From positions 23,162 through 87,161 of the forward strand of contig CACJHS010000001.1 of assembly GCA_902593235.1 (NCBI GenBank): DNA of 64,000 nucleotides, given 5' to 3'. Of this stretch, positions 60,826 through 64,000 are shown one piece after another. The notes beneath the pieces are model-generated. The model had not been told where the DNA came from. It made no database searches and worked only from the letters and a program-made list of their open reading frames with translations. This stretch comes from an uncultured Pelagibacteraceae bacterium. GTDB lineage: Bacteria > Pseudomonadota > Alphaproteobacteria > Pelagibacterales > Pelagibacteraceae. Within the stretch, counting starts at the first letter, position 1; every line of letters starts with the position of its first letter. The position numbers were made by a program, and so were the translations under genes.

Positions 60826-61419
60826 TTATAAATAAAAAGTTATTATGCTTGTTAAAAGAAGCAGTGACATAGCATAATTAAAGTAATTAATAAATTTCTG
60901 ATTTGTCGCGAATTTTCTAAAAAATTTACCTAAAAAGGTCCACAAAGTAATACTAGTCACTGAAACAATTAAAGCCATAATGATCATTTGAGTCGTATAA
61001 CTTACAAAACTTTCTCCAGGATTAATATAAGTGGAAACAAGAATAATTGATGCAATAACACCTTTAGGATTTAAAAACTGAAAAATAAAAGTTTCATAAA
61101 ATTTAATTGGGTTTTTATTTTTATTTTCTTGATTGGAAGTTCCAGAAAAAGAAATTTTGTAAGCTAAATAAATTAAAAATAAAGTTCCTAAATATTTTAA
61201 TACTTCTTGGATTAAAGGATAAAGCTTAAAAATATTTATCAGCCCTAGAGCTAAACATAATAACAAAAAAGGGAAACCTAAAGTTACGCCAATTATATGC
61301 GGTAATGTTCTTAGAATACCGAAATTGAAACCAGAATAGAAAGCAACGAAATTATTTGGCCCAGGAGTGAATGCTGCAACAATTCCAAATAAAGTTATAG
61401 AAAGAATTTCAGGATGCAT
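60826..61419 (-). CDS. LysE family translocator
   Basis: FTPGPNN, YLAYKI, FQFLNPK. Confidence 0.9.
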   Translation of the reverse strand: MHPEILSITLFGIVAAFTPGPNNFVAFYSGFNFGILRTLPHIIGVTLGFPFLLLCLALGLINIFKLYPLIQEVLKYLGTLFLIYLAYKISFSGTSNQENKNKNPIKFYETFIFQFLNPKGVIASIILVSTYINPGESFVSYTTQMIIMALIVSVTSITLWTFLGKFFRKFATNQKFINYFNYAMSLLLLTSIITFYL

Positions 61420-61421
61420 TA

Positions 61422-61766
61422 CTAAGCAATCGGTAATCCGTTTTCTGCTTTTTTAGAGGGATGAACAAGTGTAACTTTGCCATCAGCATCAATTGCACCT
61501 AAAACCAATACTTGAGAAACTATTCCAGCAATATTTTTTTCAGGAAAATTACAAACAGCAATAACTTGTTTTCCTTTTAAATTCTCTTCATTATAATAGT
61601 GAGTAATTTGAGCTGAAGATTGCTTAATACCAATTTCACTTCCAAAATCAACTTCAATAACTAATGAAGGTTTTCTAGCTTTTTCATTTTTTTTAACAGA
61701 AATTACAGTACCAATTCTAATATCTACTTTATCAAAATCATTATAGGTAATTTGCTCTTTAATCAT
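61422..61766 (-). CDS. csaA: tRNA-binding protein / CsaA chaperone
   Basis: FDKVDIRIG, SSAQIT, NFPEKNIAG..SQVLVLG. Confidence 0.88.
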   Translation of the reverse strand: MIKEQITYNDFDKVDIRIGTVISVKKNEKARKPSLVIEVDFGSEIGIKQSSAQITHYYNEENLKGKQVIAVCNFPEKNIAGIVSQVLVLGAIDADGKVTLVHPSKKAENGLPIA

Positions 61767-61790
61767 AATATAATATAGTGTTTTAAGTTT

Positions 61791-62972
61791 ATGAGTATAG
61801 ATAACAATTTATATGAAAAATCAATCAAGATTTTAACTGACTTAATTGCATTTAAAACTATCTCTGGTCAAGATAACAGTAATTTAATTGATTATTGTGA
61901 AAACATTTTGAATAACATCGGAATAAATACTTTCAAAGTTTATGATGATGATAAAAAAAGAGTAAATCTTTTTGGAACTTTAAAAGCAAAAAATCAAAGC
62001 ACAAAAAAACCAATTATATTATCTGGACACACTGATGTGGTTCCCGTATCAAAAGGTTGGAGTAGTGATCCATTCGTTGCAACTATAAAAAATGATAAAT
62101 TATATGGGAGAGGCTCATGTGACATGAAAGGTTTTATAGCATGCACGCTTGCTTATGCACCTATCTTCAAAGAAAGTAATTTAGATAGAGACTTACATTT
62201 CTGTTACACATTTGATGAAGAGACTGCATGTATTGGAGCTCCTTTATTAATCGAGGAATTAAAAAAAAGAGATATCAAAAATGGAATTTGTATAATTGGT
62301 GAACCAACTAAAATGAAAATTATTGATGCCCACAAAGGTATGAATGAATACACGGTTCACTTTGGGGGACTTGCAGGACATAGTTCTAAACCACATTTAG
62401 GAGTAAATGCAGCTGAATATGCTACCAAGTATGTTGGAAAACTTTTAGAAATTAGAGAAGAATTAAAAAAAAGAGTTCAAAAAGATAGTATTTTTGATCC
62501 TCCACATTCAACTTTATCAATTGGAGGTATCAAAGGTGGTATTGCTCATAATGTCATTGCAGATAAATGTAGTGTTGAATGGGAAACAAGACCAGTTATT
62601 AAAGAAGATGGAGAATTTGTTACGAATGAAATTGATAAATATGCAAATGAAGTACTCCTGCCAGAAATGAAAAAAGTATTTCCAGACTCTTATATCAAAA
62701 AAGAAGTGATAGGTGAAGTTGTTGGTTTTAATAGATTAGATGAATCTGAAGCATGTGAATTTGTATCAAATATAACTGGTGATAATTCTAGAGAAGTAGT
62801 TTCTTTTGGAACAGAAGCTGGTTTATTTCAAGAATTAGGAATCAGCACAGTTGTTTGCGGACCTGGATCTATAGAACAGGCTCACAAAATTGATGAGTTC
62901 ATAGAATTAAATGAAATGAAAAAATGCCTTAAGTTTTTAGAAGGTGTAAAATCAAAATCTACTTTGAATTAA
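61791..62972 (+). CDS. argE: Acetylornithine deacetylase (M20)
   Basis: SGHTDVVP, GRGSCDMKG, DEE, GEPT, GTEAG, QAHKIDE. Confidence 0.92.
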   Translation: MSIDNNLYEKSIKILTDLIAFKTISGQDNSNLIDYCENILNNIGINTFKVYDDDKKRVNLFGTLKAKNQSTKKPIILSGHTDVVPVSKGWSSDPFVATIKNDKLYGRGSCDMKGFIACTLAYAPIFKESNLDRDLHFCYTFDEETACIGAPLLIEELKKRDIKNGICIIGEPTKMKIIDAHKGMNEYTVHFGGLAGHSSKPHLGVNAAEYATKYVGKLLEIREELKKRVQKDSIFDPPHSTLSIGGIKGGIAHNVIADKCSVEWETRPVIKEDGEFVTNEIDKYANEVLLPEMKKVFPDSYIKKEVIGEVVGFNRLDESEACEFVSNITGDNSREVVSFGTEAGLFQELGISTVVCGPGSIEQAHKIDEFIELNEMKKCLKFLEGVKSKSTLN

Positions 62973-62973
62973 T

Positions 62974-63006
62974 AAAAAAGCCCACCACATTAAAGTGATG
63001 GGCTTT
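62974..63006. terminator. Bidirectional intrinsic terminator between convergent argE and NCS1 genes
   Basis: AAAAAAGCCCACCAC-N6-GTGATGGGCTTT. Confidence 0.8.
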
Positions 63007-63034
63007 GTTGTAACTAACTAAGAGGTTCTTATTT

Positions 63035-64000
63035 TTATCTTTTAGATATAGCTAAATGAACAACAGCACCTAATGATGCTCCTATTATCCAGGCATATCC
63101 CCCTCCGCCACCTAAATTGGCGAAGAAATCACTTAAACCAAAAATTAAAATGTTTGGCCATACCGTTCCAACAGCAATGTATCCTGATAAAATCCAAGCT
63201 AAAATTGCCTTACGATTAAAGCCACCATTGTAATGATATTTTGCTTTTGCGCTATCATCAAACAAATCGTCAACATCTAATTTTTCTTTTTTGATTATAT
63301 AGTAGTCAACAATCATTATACCGAAGACTGGAGCCAAAATAGCACCTAGTGTATTTACAAATGGAAATAATCCCATTTGTGTTATAACAGCTACCCACAT
63401 ACCTCCAATTATAAATCCAAAACCAGCAGTAATTAATCCACCAATTTTAAAATTAATTTTACTTGGTATTAAATTTGCTAAGTCATATGCAGGCGGTATA
63501 AAGTTTGCAACCATATTAATTCCAACTGTTGCAGCAAAAAATGCAAATGCAGCAATTATTGTTAGTCCTAAATTGTCAACTTTAGCAACCATATCTGTTG
63601 GACTTGCAACGTACTCACCAAAAATAGCAATTGTTCCACCTGTAATCATTAAAGTAATAAAAGAGAATAAAACCACGTTTCCTACCAATCCCCATAGGTT
63701 ACCTTTTTTCATTTCATCTTCATTTTTAACAAATCTAGCAAAGTCACCAAAATTGATGACTACAGCAGCGAAATATCCAACCATAATTGAAAATACAGCT
63801 AAGAAAGCTCCAAATGATCCCAAACCTTCAAAACCACCCGATCTTTCTCCACCAGAAAATATATTTCCAACTTCTGAAAATAATCCACCACCTGCTTTAG
63901 CCCAGATAACAATCATTAATAGTATCATGACGGCATAAACTGCTGGTCCTGCGAAGTTTAAAAACTTTTTAACAAGATCTACTCCTTGCCAAAATAGATA
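63035..64000 (-). CDS. NCS1 family nucleobase:cation symporter (5' end outside the window)
   Basis: INFGDFARF, VGINMVANFIPPAYD, GIMIVDYY. Frame stays open to the window edge (YLFWQGVDLVKKFLNFAGP). Confidence 0.92.
   Translation of the reverse strand, partial: YLFWQGVDLVKKFLNFAGPAVYAVMILLMIVIWAKAGGGLFSEVGNIFSGGERSGGFEGLGSFGAFLAVFSIMVGYFAAVVINFGDFARFVKNEDEMKKGNLWGLVGNVVLFSFITLMITGGTIAIFGEYVASPTDMVAKVDNLGLTIIAAFAFFAATVGINMVANFIPPAYDLANLIPSKINFKIGGLITAGFGFIIGGMWVAVITQMGLFPFVNTLGAILAPVFGIMIVDYYIIKKEKLDVDDLFDDSAKAKYHYNGGFNRKAILAWILSGYIAVGTVWPNILIFGLSDFFANLGGGGGYAWIIGASLGAVVHLAISKR

Noticed and set aside
250-63938. Short alternative-frame and antisense ORFs in the track (e.g. 250..459, 2967..3209, 12041..12421, 23322..23783, 40904..41323, 45979..46293, 63573..63938)
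   Set aside because: They lie within well-supported genes and have no motifs; typical shadow ORFs.
1-64000. Prophage, IS element, integrase, tRNA or rRNA
   Set aside because: No such ORFs or RNA-like GC-rich segments were seen, and intergenic gaps are short and accounted for.

Overview
AT-rich, gene-dense alphaproteobacterial chromosome segment with very short intergenic spacers. Gene content and style point to Pelagibacterales (SAR11). About 50 kb is a methylated-amine, osmolyte and C1 catabolism region. It contains a Rieske oxygenase-BHMT-dimethylglycine dehydrogenase-DddP-like operon, a betaine-type ABC binding protein and permease, a metF/GcvT-like pair, soxBDAG, fhs, tmm, tmoXWV, tdm, a FAD oxidoreductase-GS-like-mgsABC cassette, a divergent Amt and gmaS. 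Housekeeping genes are interspersed (purEK, csp, glpK, gpsA, photolyase, zapE, bamB-like, acnA, csaA, argE, NCS1). Main leads: (i) no dimethylamine monooxygenase is present in the window, yet a second GS-like ligase and a stand-alone FAD demethylase-like gene follow tdm, suggesting an undescribed glutamylation route for dimethylamine; (ii) an uncharacterised M19-hydrolase/hypothetical/DUF3726/zinc-finger operon; (iii) an in-frame TGA in the dimethylglycine dehydrogenase gene; (iv) a shared 16-21 bp motif in three C1-gene promoter regions; (v) three small ORFs missing from the ORF track. I saw no rRNA, tRNA, CRISPR or mobile element. All calls come from reading motifs by eye; no searches were run.
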